A DNA stretch of 64,000 bases from Minisyncoccota bacterium (GCA_041651055.1 JBAZJW010000001.1:472506-536505); one strand, 5' to 3'. Shown: positions 29,225 through 38,267, counted from the first letter of the stretch. Notes: generated by a model from the sequence alone, not told the origin. Made by a program: numbers and translations.

Positions 29225-30448
29225 TTAATTTTTTTGTATTGCAAGCAGTCGTGCGTACTTCACCTCGCGCTCTTTCGGTCCACGAGCACCAGACTTCATG
29301 CCGAAACAATAGAATGCAGATGTAATATCTGCAATCATTGTATCTGACGTCTCCCCACTTCTGTGACTCACGATACACTTGATTCCTTTTTCTTCCGCAT
29401 ACCTTATCGTATCAATTGTTTCTGACAGTGTACCTATTTGATTCGGCTTCACAAGGAGACCTGAAATACTTCCCATTTCAACAGCTTGTGTTACACGCAG
29501 AATATTCGTTACCGTAAGGTCATCGCCGACAATTATCACATCCGGAATATCCTTTTTTAGTTGTGAGAACGATTCAAAATCTTCTTCATAAAAAGGATCC
29601 TCTATTGAAATAAGGGGGAAGGCCTCCACAAGAGAAACATAGGTATCATGAAGCTCTTCTTGTGTATGTTGTTCACCTCCGATGGTATACATTTTTGTTG
29701 CTTCGTCATAGAAAGATGTGGCTGCAACATCGAGCGCAAACATCACTTCATTTTCAACACCGCATTGCTTCACCGCTTGAGAGAGGAGTTCGAGCGGTTC
29801 ACGAATATTATCCGTTGGAACAGCGTACCCTCCCTCGTCCCCGCGCGCGACTTCACCATATTTTTCTTTCACGATTTCACCCAGTGTATCTTGTACCTTC
29901 TGTGCGATTTCGAGTGATCTTGAAATGCTGTGAACCGTTGGCACGAGATGATATTCCTGAAACGAAAGCGCGGTAGACGCATGCTTGCCGCCATTGATAA
30001 GATTAAAATAAAGAAGCGGACACTTTTCTTCTGACGAAACTTCTGCAAGGCTTTGCAAATATTCGTAAAATTCTTTACCGAGAGATTGCGCTGCCGCTTT
30101 ACCACATGCAACGCTCACACCGAGAATACTATTCCCTCCTAACTTTTCTTTATTCGGTGTACCGTCCATTTCTATAAGAAGCGCATCGATACCCCGCTGA
30201 TCAGTAACATCAAAACCTTCAAGTGCGGGGGCAATAACAGTATTAATAATTTCTTGTGCCTTCGTGACGCCACCATGAGATGTGCCGTCATCACGAAGCT
30301 CAAAAGCCTCATACTTTCCTGTGCTTGCGCCTGAGGGCACAGCACATACCCCTACACCTCCTCCGCTTGTCGTTACCGTAACCGAAAGCGTTGGTACGTT
30401 TCGTGAGTCTTCTATAATGTCCGCAACGATTGAAGTAATGGTATTCAT
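29225..30448 (-). CDS. eno: Enolase
   Basis: SHRSGETSDT signature. Full-length enolase blocks. Confidence 0.9.
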   Translation of the reverse strand: MNTITSIVADIIEDSRNVPTLSVTVTTSGGGVGVCAVPSGASTGKYEAFELRDDGTSHGGVTKAQEIINTVIAPALEGFDVTDQRGIDALLIEMDGTPNKEKLGGNSILGVSVACGKAAAQSLGKEFYEYLQSLAEVSSEEKCPLLYFNLINGGKHASTALSFQEYHLVPTVHSISRSLEIAQKVQDTLGEIVKEKYGEVARGDEGGYAVPTDNIREPLELLSQAVKQCGVENEVMFALDVAATSFYDEATKMYTIGGEQHTQEELHDTYVSLVEAFPLISIEDPFYEEDFESFSQLKKDIPDVIIVGDDLTVTNILRVTQAVEMGSISGLLVKPNQIGTLSETIDTIRYAEEKGIKCIVSHRSGETSDTMIADITSAFYCFGMKSGARGPKEREVKYARLLAIQKN

Positions 30449-30451
30449 ATA

Positions 30452-31720
30452 TTAATTTCGTATCATGAGATATAAATCAGATACATTACTTCCTGTATCT
30501 CCTGTAATAATTGCATCTCCTGTTTCCATAAAAAGTTCACTGTCTTTATTTTCTTCGTGATAGGCTTTACTGTCTATGTTTTTTTCTTGTAATTTCTTTT
30601 TTGTATCTGCATCTGCAATGGCACCAGCAGCGACAGATTTGTTATCAATACCATCAGAAGCAAAAGCAATGAACATATCATTCTCACCGATAATATCCAG
30701 TGCCTGATTCGCAATATATAAATTCCTTCCTCCTACTCCCCCACTTTTTGAAAGAGCAATAGAAAGCTCTCCTCCTGCGATAACCATTGTCTTTGGTTTC
30801 AGTAGACTCTCTGCATTTTTGAGAAATACGTCAGGACTATCGTATACTTCATCTCCAAGAATAATAACCTCGTACCCCCTTCTCTTTCCCTCTGCTTCCA
30901 TTTTCCAAAGGGCTTCTTTGTTCGAGATAAAAGGAATATTCCTAACCTTCGTAAACACCTGCTCGTCTTTTGGCGTCTCATTAAAGATAAAATGTTCGTT
31001 AACATTATGTTTTACTAAAAGATTTTCAGCGTCCGAGATTGTGGTTGTATCCAAATACGTCGGACCAGATGCTACGTCTTTAAAATGATCTCCTGGGACA
31101 TCAGAAAAAATAAGACTTACCACCGTTGCAGGATGTAACATCTTCGCCAACCCTCCACCCTTAATAGATGACACATGCTTACGCAGTGTGTTGAGATCTT
31201 TAATATTCCCTCCAGCTTTAAGCAACTCTGAATACAGGAGCGCCCCCTGTTCACACTCAGAGAGAGGTAAACAAAGAAGGGCCGATCCTCCGCCGGACAC
31301 AATAACAATCGCCAAATCTTTTTCGGTAAGAGATTCTGCAAGATCTGCAATTTTTTGTGACACCTCGACATTGTGTGGACTTGGAAGCGGGTGTGTTCCC
31401 TCGAACACTTCTACGACATCACATTTCGTTGCATGTTTATCAATAACAATTCCTTCCGTCAAAAAATCCCCCAATATGCGTTCAAGTTCTTTCGCAGCCT
31501 TGCATGAAGCTTTTCCAAAACCAATGATCACGACTCGTTCATACTGGCTGAGCTCATATGGATGCCCTTGTATAGAAAGAGTCCCATCCTCTAGTGTTAT
31601 TTTAGAAGTCATTGCAGACACCGTATCGATTGCCCTGTACCCCTCTTCGATGATTGACAAAGCGTCTATGCGTAGCTGGTTTGTAGCAAGACTGTCGAAA
31701 TTAGAAATGATGCGAGACAT
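30452..31720 (-). CDS. Glycerate kinase (MOFRL family, glycerate 2-kinase-like)
   Basis: DUF4147 N-terminal and MOFRL C-terminal pattern. VSGGGSALL block. Confidence 0.65.
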   Translation of the reverse strand: MSRIISNFDSLATNQLRIDALSIIEEGYRAIDTVSAMTSKITLEDGTLSIQGHPYELSQYERVVIIGFGKASCKAAKELERILGDFLTEGIVIDKHATKCDVVEVFEGTHPLPSPHNVEVSQKIADLAESLTEKDLAIVIVSGGGSALLCLPLSECEQGALLYSELLKAGGNIKDLNTLRKHVSSIKGGGLAKMLHPATVVSLIFSDVPGDHFKDVASGPTYLDTTTISDAENLLVKHNVNEHFIFNETPKDEQVFTKVRNIPFISNKEALWKMEAEGKRRGYEVIILGDEVYDSPDVFLKNAESLLKPKTMVIAGGELSIALSKSGGVGGRNLYIANQALDIIGENDMFIAFASDGIDNKSVAAGAIADADTKKKLQEKNIDSKAYHEENKDSELFMETGDAIITGDTGSNVSDLYLMIRN

Positions 31721-31787
31721 ATGAAAAGTATATCACACGAAAAACGCTTATATTGTAAGCAAAGAACTCTTTGTTCTCAGGGAGAAT

Positions 31788-32690
31788 TTACCCTCTTTTC
31801 AAATACACTTTTACAAAACTACTCTTTAACTCTGCCGCCTGAGATGACAAAACTTCTACATTATTATCTCTCGCCGAAGAAACCACCTGTTCTAATTTTT
31901 GACGAATTGTTTGTATTTCTGTGTCATTAGCAAGATCTTCAACCGCTTTTAATTTATCATTTACTTCAGGGTACACAGAAATAATTTGTGTTGCATTTTT
32001 TTCATCTGCTGCTGTAATTATTTTTTCCATAGCATCATGAAAATCTACAAGATAAACCGCAAGCATTGAAAAATTATTTCTTTTCAAAATATCCTGAAAT
32101 AGTGGACGCACCAACTCAAACTCTTTATGTGTTCTAGGAAGGTCACCACTTGCAACATTTTCTTTAAGAGAAGCGATAATATCTTGTATGTGCTTAATGT
32201 CTGCATTAAACTTTACATCCCCAGAAATAACATAAGGGTGATATTTAGAATATTTCTGATAAAAAATATCATACTCAGTTACAAGATTTGCATAATTATT
32301 CAAAGACTCTGCCCTGTTATTCTGTCCCGTGTAAAAAAGAGTTTGTTTGTAGTATTGATTCATCTTTGAATAATCCTCAAGGAAAAACTTTTTAGTAAAA
32401 AAGTTACTATAATAACTTCCAAGCGCAGCGATCAAAATAAACACCAGAAAGGCAAAAAACTTTCCTACTTTTGATTCAGACTTTTCTTCCGCAGGACATG
32501 TTTTTATTCCGAGCAATGTATACAATCCGCAAAATCTAAACGAAGCCGTGACTAGCATGGCCGCCGCAAGAACATACAAAACTATTTGCACAGCACCGTA
32601 TGTCCAGAAAAACGCCAGCAGGAAAAAGATTTCGGCAAAGATAAATCTAATAACTCTATCGAGGGTGCCTATATTTTTTGTGATGTTCAT
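31788..32690 (-). CDS. Hypothetical membrane protein
   Basis: 300-aa ORF. N-terminal TM helices and C-terminal coiled region. Confidence 0.45.
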   Translation of the reverse strand: MNITKNIGTLDRVIRFIFAEIFFLLAFFWTYGAVQIVLYVLAAAMLVTASFRFCGLYTLLGIKTCPAEEKSESKVGKFFAFLVFILIAALGSYYSNFFTKKFFLEDYSKMNQYYKQTLFYTGQNNRAESLNNYANLVTEYDIFYQKYSKYHPYVISGDVKFNADIKHIQDIIASLKENVASGDLPRTHKEFELVRPLFQDILKRNNFSMLAVYLVDFHDAMEKIITAADEKNATQIISVYPEVNDKLKAVEDLANDTEIQTIRQKLEQVVSSARDNNVEVLSSQAAELKSSFVKVYLKRG

Positions 32691-32695
32691 ATATT

Positions 32696-33091
32696 TTATT
32701 TTTGTATAAGTTCTGGTGCTAACTGAAGCCCTCCACGTAATTCATAAATACTTTTTATACCATTGGCTTTCATGACTGCCACAGCCTGACCAGACCTATT
32801 CCCTGAACGACAATATATGAAGTATGTTTTTGCTGCATCTAAATTTTTAATCTCCGAAACAAAAGAAGCGTTTTCAAAATCGATATTTATTGCATCATTA
32901 ATATGTCCAGAAGCAAATTCATTTGGAGTACGAACATCGACAAGTACGGCATTCGCAGTTTTGTTATATTTGTCCAAAAAATCTATACCAGACAGTTTAA
33001 TTCCTCCTCCTTGAGAAAACAACACAAATAAAGCAACAATAGCCACACCAATACTTCCCCAAATTACAAGATTGTTATTTTTCTTTTTCAT
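32696..33091 (-). CDS. Rhodanese-domain sulfurtransferase
   Basis: Active-site loop YCRSGNRS. N-terminal signal/TM. Confidence 0.75.
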   Translation of the reverse strand: MKKKNNNLVIWGSIGVAIVALFVLFSQGGGIKLSGIDFLDKYNKTANAVLVDVRTPNEFASGHINDAINIDFENASFVSEIKNLDAAKTYFIYCRSGNRSGQAVAVMKANGIKSIYELRGGLQLAPELIQK

Positions 33092-33099
33092 GTAGACAA

Positions 33100-33339
33100 T
33101 TAGCCATTAATAAGTTTCTCAAAAACATCTGGCTGGAAACCTACAATAATCTGACCATTGATATCTATAACAGGTACGCCCATCTGACCACTCTTTGTTA
33201 TCATTTCTTGAGCAGCGACTCTATCAACTCCGACATTTTTATCTTCATAAGCAACTCCCATTTTTCCAAAATAATCTTTTGCCATGACACAATAGTGACA
33301 TGTTGGTGTTGAGTAAATAATAATCTTTTTTGTATTCAT
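33100..33339 (-). CDS. Glutaredoxin-like protein (NrdH/Grx fold)
   Basis: CHYC redox motif at the N-terminus. 79 aa. Confidence 0.7.
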   Translation of the reverse strand: MNTKKIIIYSTPTCHYCVMAKDYFGKMGVAYEDKNVGVDRVAAQEMITKSGQMGVPVIDINGQIIVGFQPDVFEKLING

Positions 33340-33350
33340 ATTTTTGTAAT

Positions 33351-33617
33351 TTACTTTGATAAATCTAGTAACAGCCTAGAAACCTGTAATACTTTTTTAT
33401 TCTTAATAACGTATATCTGTTTTTTACCATCACGATTGCACACAGCAACCCCTCCTTCTTTTAAAATAGACAAATGCTGAGAAAGAGCCGATTGAGAAAG
33501 TTTACAGTGGGCACGTAATTCCGTAACACTTTTAGGTGTCGATAAGCAAGCTATCAACTTCACTCTATTTTCGTTTGAAAACACTTTATAGATATCTGTT
33601 GTATTTTTCGTATCCAT
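33351..33617 (-). CDS. ArsR/SmtB-family transcriptional regulator
   Basis: Winged-HTH block VTELRAHCKLSQSALSQHLSILKEGG. Confidence 0.75.
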   Translation of the reverse strand: MDTKNTTDIYKVFSNENRVKLIACLSTPKSVTELRAHCKLSQSALSQHLSILKEGGVAVCNRDGKKQIYVIKNKKVLQVSRLLLDLSK

Positions 33618-33623
33618 ATTGTC

Positions 33624-33643
33624 ATATTAGCATATGCTAATAT
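33624..33643. promoter_or_regulatory. 20-bp perfect palindrome, likely ArsR operator
   Basis: ATATTAGCATATGCTAATAT lies 7 bp upstream of the arsR start codon. Confidence 0.55.
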
Positions 33644-33704
33644 GAAAAAGCAACACCATAACGCTACGTCACTTTTTATATTTAGTGTACTATCGTAGAC
33701 GGGA

Positions 33705-34100
33705 TTAGAACTGAGGTCCGAATTTTAAATTTGGAAATTTAACAAGGGTATCCACGTAATCTTTACAGGAATTTACGTGACTAGAGCCCCTCGTGTCCGA
33801 AGAATATGGTTTAACTAGATCACAAACACTTTTATCCTTCATAAATCCTGCTTGCTTCTGATAGCATAATGCTTTTATATCTTCTCTGGTAATATCAAAT
33901 CCATTAAGAAATAATACTGGAGTTTTTATCTTACTACATATAGTTAGGTCTTTCTCAGTCGCTGCCATGTAAGCAATCCTTTCTGCATCCATTGCCCCGT
34001 CCGCTAGGTAAGGATAGGAATTTCTATATACCCCAAAGACTACTACAGCAATTAGCAAAAGCAATGCAATAATCCCAAATACTTTAAAGAGTGTTTTCAT
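33705..34100 (-). CDS. Hypothetical secreted protein
   Basis: 131-aa ORF with N-terminal signal/TM. Confidence 0.4.
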   Translation of the reverse strand: MKTLFKVFGIIALLLLIAVVVFGVYRNSYPYLADGAMDAERIAYMAATEKDLTICSKIKTPVLFLNGFDITREDIKALCYQKQAGFMKDKSVCDLVKPYSSDTRGSSHVNSCKDYVDTLVKFPNLKFGPQF

Positions 34101-34144
34101 ATTATGAAGTATACACTTTTTTGGTGTTACAGAGGAGGTTAGAA

Positions 34145-34894
34145 CTATGGTTCATGAACAGGAAAAATGAACTTCTTAGGGTCCATATTTGGAACAACCA
34201 CTCCTTCGAGAAAAACTTTATTTTTATCCGCAGCATAACCATCTTCATACTCAGAATTAAAAGTACTAAGATCTGCACCTATTACTTCTGCACTCTTGTA
34301 GTAAATATGACTTTTGTCTCGACTATAATTTCCGCCAACTCGCCAACCATTACTTAGCACACCCAAAGGCTTAAAACTAGCTGAATCAACTTTTGGAAGA
34401 ATAACCTCACCCTTGTAATAAGAATTACTTACATCTTGTGCATAAACCTGTTCTGTTCCTAACACATCAGGCCAAACCACTACAAAACTCGTACCATCAG
34501 CACTTTGTATTACTTTCCCGTCATAATAAACTTTATTTTTATCTTTTGAGTAGTGTGCAATATTCTCACCAGAATATCTCCTTGTTGGAAAAGGATTTTG
34601 GTCGATTATTTGGAAAGATTTTTGTTCAGCATCTTCTATCTTCAGACCGTCAAAATAAACATTCCCATTACCGGAGGTGTACTTATGTTTTTCATCAGAC
34701 CAAATTACCAAACCGTCTAACTGAAGTGAGCTAGATGTTGAAACATTTGTTTCAACTATTTTTGAATTTTGCTGAGTGGTAGTTGCGGTGGCTGGCACAG
34801 AAACCTGTTGAGATTGTGTAGACATGGCGGTATGTCCAAATAACCCTGAAAATAAAGCGATGATACCTGCAAACAAAGTAGCTAATGTGTTCAT
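34145..34894 (-). CDS. Hypothetical secreted protein with DKNKVYYDG-type repeats
   Basis: Signal peptide. Threefold repeated DK..(V/I)Y(Y/L).G motif. Confidence 0.45.
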   Translation of the reverse strand: MNTLATLFAGIIALFSGLFGHTAMSTQSQQVSVPATATTTQQNSKIVETNVSTSSSLQLDGLVIWSDEKHKYTSGNGNVYFDGLKIEDAEQKSFQIIDQNPFPTRRYSGENIAHYSKDKNKVYYDGKVIQSADGTSFVVVWPDVLGTEQVYAQDVSNSYYKGEVILPKVDSASFKPLGVLSNGWRVGGNYSRDKSHIYYKSAEVIGADLSTFNSEYEDGYAADKNKVFLEGVVVPNMDPKKFIFPVHEP

Positions 34895-35326
34895 GTGAGA
34901 AGTATAACATCCTCATTTCCAGCAGGCGCTGTAATTGGGAGCAAAACCAAAAGATATCACTACAATTTTCAAACAAAAAGACTGACTATCGGGGATGTTT
35001 TCCACAAGTTTCGTCTCGTCGCCACTCAACGAACTCACCTTGTCCTCACGGCATGATTTACTAATCAACCGCCGCTCGTGGTTTCACGCACAGGGGTCGC
35101 CTCTCCCGACTTGCTTGAGTACAAGCTTTGCTGGACTGCGATTTCAACAGGCCGAGTACGGTCTAAGAAATCGGGAGCGTACTGCTGTACTCGAGACCTA
35201 CGTCTTCTCGTCGAAGACTGCGGGCAACGATAAATCTTTTGCACTGCAGTTTCAACGGATTGATTACAATCCAAGAAACTGGTAGCCCGCGGTTCGACCC
35301 CCGATAGCCACTACAATTTTCTATAA

Positions 35327-35357
35327 CAAAAATCGCAAGCATGTCGCTTGCGATTTT
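35327..35357. terminator. Perfect hairpin downstream of tRNA-His
   Basis: aaaaatcgcaagc-atgt-cgcttgcgattttt. Confidence 0.6.
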
Positions 35358-35369
35358 TGTTTGAAATTG

Positions 35370-35441
35370 TGTGACTATCGGGGGTCGAACCCGAACTGAG
35401 GGCTCCACAAGCCCGCGTGCTACCATTACACTATAGTCACC
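35370..35441 (-). tRNA. tRNA-His (GTG)
   Basis: Cloverleaf with anticodon loop TTGTGGA, extra 5' G (G-1) and T-arm TCGGG-TTCGACC-CCCGA. No encoded CCA. Confidence 0.85.
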
Positions 35442-35605
35442 ATCTGCTCAATTCGTTTCCGAATTAGGTTTTTACTCTAACACATTTCCGCACTTTTTTG
35501 AAGGGTGCGATTTTTTGTGGAAGTGCTAAGATTAGGCCCACGTAGCTCTTTAATTCCATTTTGTTTTATTGAGCCCCTTTAACCCGTACAAAGAAGGAGA
35601 CATTC

Positions 35606-36133
35606 ATGATACGGAAAATAGTGGCGTTAACCGCAGTTCTTGCGGCGATGATCTGCCCTACTACTTCCAATGCGGGAGAAAAGGATTTCCCTTGGTGCAA
35701 GAGTATTGCGTACACCTTCTGGACACATTCGAAGCATCCAGGAGGAGATAGAAATGGTCGTCTCAACCAAGATAACGGGGGCATAGGCTTCAAATGTTTT
35801 CTCGAAAAAGAAAACTCCATGTTCCTCAGCATGGACGCTCTCGAGAATAGTCAATTCGGAAGCACAATTACCGCGGGCATCGGAAAGCAAATTGACCTGC
35901 TTAAGATATCGCGAGTAAGTATCTATGTTGGAGGGGAGTTAAGTCTGGTCAACTACGATGTTCCGAGAAAACATGAAGCAATTTTCGGAGTGATGCCAAG
36001 TCTCTATCGTGGCATTGGGTATTCCCTTCCGTATGGGTTTGGTATCGTTTCCTTCGAGGAAAAGCTTCTCCTTGGAGACATTCGACTTCGGTCGTGGGGA
36101 TGGCAATACAAGAAAAGTGTGAATATTTTCTGA
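35606..36133 (+). CDS. Hypothetical secreted protein
   Basis: 175 aa with a signal peptide. Followed by a terminator. Confidence 0.5.
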   Translation: MIRKIVALTAVLAAMICPTTSNAGEKDFPWCKSIAYTFWTHSKHPGGDRNGRLNQDNGGIGFKCFLEKENSMFLSMDALENSQFGSTITAGIGKQIDLLKISRVSIYVGGELSLVNYDVPRKHEAIFGVMPSLYRGIGYSLPYGFGIVSFEEKLLLGDIRLRSWGWQYKKSVNIF

Positions 36134-36149
36134 CGATGTTCATACTGCA

Positions 36150-36177
36150 AAGGCCACGTCTTGGACGTGGCCTTTTT
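36150..36177 (+). terminator. Intrinsic terminator
   Basis: aaggccacgtc-ttgg-acgtggcc followed by ttttt. Confidence 0.7.
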
Positions 36178-36192
36178 ATTTTTGATACAAGA

Positions 36193-36422
36193 GAACTTGG
36201 TCACAAAGTCTATTTTTGATCCGCCGGCTGGCGGACAAAAATATAAGACTTCGCGAAGTCGACTGGTAAATTAGTCGACACCTGTAGACGGCCCTATTTA
36301 AGTCCTACGGAAGTGACGTAGGCCATTCTAGGACTTGGTCACAAAGTCTATTTTTGAGTACAAAAATATAAGACTTCGCGACCCCTATTCAAGTCCTCAC
36401 GTATCGCACGCAGGTGCGATAC
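36193..36422. repeat. Two tandem copies (R1, R2) of a composite structured repeat downstream of tRNA-Leu
   Basis: Each copy begins with a partial tRNA-Leu T-arm copy (ggacttg / aacttgg), then gtcacaaagtctatttttg...caaaaatataagacttcgcga. R2 ends in the hairpin gtatcgcac-GCAG-gtgcgatac. R1 carries an extra gtcgac palindrome. Confidence 0.6.
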
Positions 36423-36427
36423 TTCCT

Positions 36428-36483
36428 GGGCACAAAATACAAAAAGCAAAGTCATATGACTTTGCTTTTTGTATTTTGTGCCC
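36428..36483. repeat. 56-bp perfect AT-rich palindrome abutting the tRNA-Leu 3' end
   Basis: gggcacaaaatacaaaaagcaaagtcatatgactttgctttttgtattttgtgccc. The conserved arm cacaaaatacaaaaag is shared with the palindromes at 38050 and 59578. Confidence 0.7.
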
Positions 36484-36562
36484 AGGAGAGGACTTGAACC
36501 TCCATGCCGTTGCCAGCGCTACCACCTCAAGGTAGTGCGTCTACCAGTTTCGCCACCTGGGC
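36479..36562 (-). tRNA. tRNA-Leu (GAG)
   Basis: Long variable arm, anticodon loop TTGAGGT, acceptor GCCCAGG/CCTGGGC. Confidence 0.85.
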
Positions 36563-36647
36563 ATATATCTATCTTTCTTCTCTTGAGGTATTGAAATACT
36601 AACACAAAAGAAGCCAAAACAAAACCCGCATTTCTGCGGGTTTTGTT

Positions 36648-37076
36648 TTATGCCGTTGCCTCTTCCGGTGTATCTTCTACGACAGCTTCTGTTGTTGTAG
36701 TTGACCCCTTCTTGATAACACGAGTGTCTTTCTTTAACTTACGACGGACATCACGTAGAGCCTTGTCACGAACGTAGTACAACTTACTACGACGAGTTCG
36801 TGCACGACGGACGATTTCAATTTTATCAATCATCACAGAGAAAAGTGGGAATACACGTTCTACTCCTACACCTGATGCTACGCGGCGAACCGTAAACGTA
36901 GAACCAATTTCTTGACCATGCTTTCGAGCGAGAACCATTCCTTCAAAGGCTTGAAGACGTGTCTTGCCGTTATCTTCCTTAATTTTGTTCCATACACGGA
37001 CGACGTCTCCAGAAGAGAAATCGAGCGCCTTGCGGGCATCCATGTCGACAGGTGTTAGTTGTATCGTTGTTTTCAT
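36648..37076 (-). CDS. rplS: Ribosomal protein L19 with basic C-terminal extension
   Basis: L19 core blocks (GDVVRVWNKIKE...RLQAFEGMVL). Confidence 0.8.
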   Translation of the reverse strand: MKTTIQLTPVDMDARKALDFSSGDVVRVWNKIKEDNGKTRLQAFEGMVLARKHGQEIGSTFTVRRVASGVGVERVFPLFSVMIDKIEIVRRARTRRSKLYYVRDKALRDVRRKLKKDTRVIKKGSTTTTEAVVEDTPEEATA

Positions 37077-37147
37077 AGAAATGACTTAGTAGAGAAATAC
37101 TATCACAAAAAATGACTCTTCGCAAGAGGCAAAAGGCTTTACCCTTC

Positions 37148-37882
37148 CTACAAATCTACTTGGAAATTAAGGGCTCGTAGCGTTTCCTTCATATCCTTAG
37201 GAACAGGTGAGACAATAGTCATCTCATTTTTCCCTTCTTTTTCTGCAGGAACTTCAATCGTAAGTGAATACGCGTGAAGCATAGAACGAGGAGCCTCGTC
37301 CTTGCCCTTTAATGACCCATAGAGGTCGTCTCCAATGATGGGGTGACGAATACCTCTAAAGTGCGCACGAATCTGATGTGTACGGCCTGTGAGGGGGTAA
37401 CATTCCACATACGTATAATTCTTACCCTCTTTTGAGGTGGCTCGAGCCAAAACCTTATACCTTGTAATTGCTTCCCGTTCTTCTCCGCGTGCATCTCCTG
37501 AAAAGGCGTCCACGACAGTACGTTTACGGAAATCACTTCGAGCACGAGCAATCGGAAGCGATATCATTCCTGTCTCATGACGAATATGTCCTTCGACAAT
37601 TGCTCGATATACCTTGCGTGCCGTATGGTCACGAAACTGTTTCTTGAATGTGGTGTATGCCACATTGTCTTTTGCGAGCATGATCACGCCCGTCGTATTG
37701 CGATCCAGTCGATGAACAATTCCTTCTCGCCCTTCATCCCCTATGCCTTTGACACCGTAGGTTTCTTTCATCCAATCGGCGATAGTGTACTCTTCTTGTC
37801 GGTCATCTGGGTGCGCAATAATACCCACCGGTTTATCGATGGCGACAGCATGCACATTCTCAAAGAGAATAGGAAGTTTCAT
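37148..37882 (-). CDS. RluA-family pseudouridine synthase
   Basis: HRLDRNTTGV catalytic-Asp motif. Confidence 0.8.
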   Translation of the reverse strand: MKLPILFENVHAVAIDKPVGIIAHPDDRQEEYTIADWMKETYGVKGIGDEGREGIVHRLDRNTTGVIMLAKDNVAYTTFKKQFRDHTARKVYRAIVEGHIRHETGMISLPIARARSDFRKRTVVDAFSGDARGEEREAITRYKVLARATSKEGKNYTYVECYPLTGRTHQIRAHFRGIRHPIIGDDLYGSLKGKDEAPRSMLHAYSLTIEVPAEKEGKNEMTIVSPVPKDMKETLRALNFQVDL

Positions 37883-37981
37883 ATAAAGTACACTCTACCA
37901 TATTTAAAGGCGAAAAGGCATGTTGCAGAGATGTTAGCACTTGAATATACTGTAAGATATGGTATAGTTGATGGGGATTAC

Positions 37982-38054
37982 GGGCGATTAGCTCAGTTGG
38001 TAGAGCAGCGCATTTACACTGCGAAGGTCAGAGGTTCGACCCCTCTATTGCCCA
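37982..38054 (+). tRNA. tRNA-Val (TAC)
   Basis: Cloverleaf with anticodon loop TTTACAC, acceptor GGGCGAT/ATTGCCC. Confidence 0.8.
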
Positions 38055-38105
38055 CAAAATACAAAAAGCACCATCTTTCGATGGTGCTTTTTGTATTTTG
38101 TGGGC
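38050..38105. repeat. 56-bp AT-rich palindrome abutting the tRNA-Val 3' end
   Basis: gcccacaaaatacaaaaagcacc-atctttcgat-ggtgctttttgtattttgtgggc. Confidence 0.7.
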
Positions 38106-38267
38106 AATAAGCAAATGACCTTCGTCACTTGCGTGAGGGGTCGAATACGGGTCGGAAAATCTTTTGTTTTGAGTGAAGCGAAAAACTGATTTTGTGACCG
38201 ACCCCCCTATTACTAAAAACCCTATCGTCTCTTTCAAAAATTTCTGCTAGTATACATACGTATCCAT

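Noticed and set aside
34995-35285. 96-aa ORF on the plus strand
   Set aside because: It lies entirely within the structured non-coding repeat-rich segment between the tRNA-His copies. No start context or homology.
34992-35315. Possible tmRNA (ssrA): region starts with GGGG, is ~320 nt and GC-rich, and ends with GGTTCGACCCCC followed by a terminator
   Set aside because: The GGGG is part of an 11-nt partial copy of the tRNA-His 3' end. The GGTTCGA segment is an inverted copy of the tRNA-His T-loop/3' half. No 7-bp acceptor pairing with a G3-U70 can be drawn. No plausible short tag reading frame was found. The only long frame gives a 96-aa ORF.
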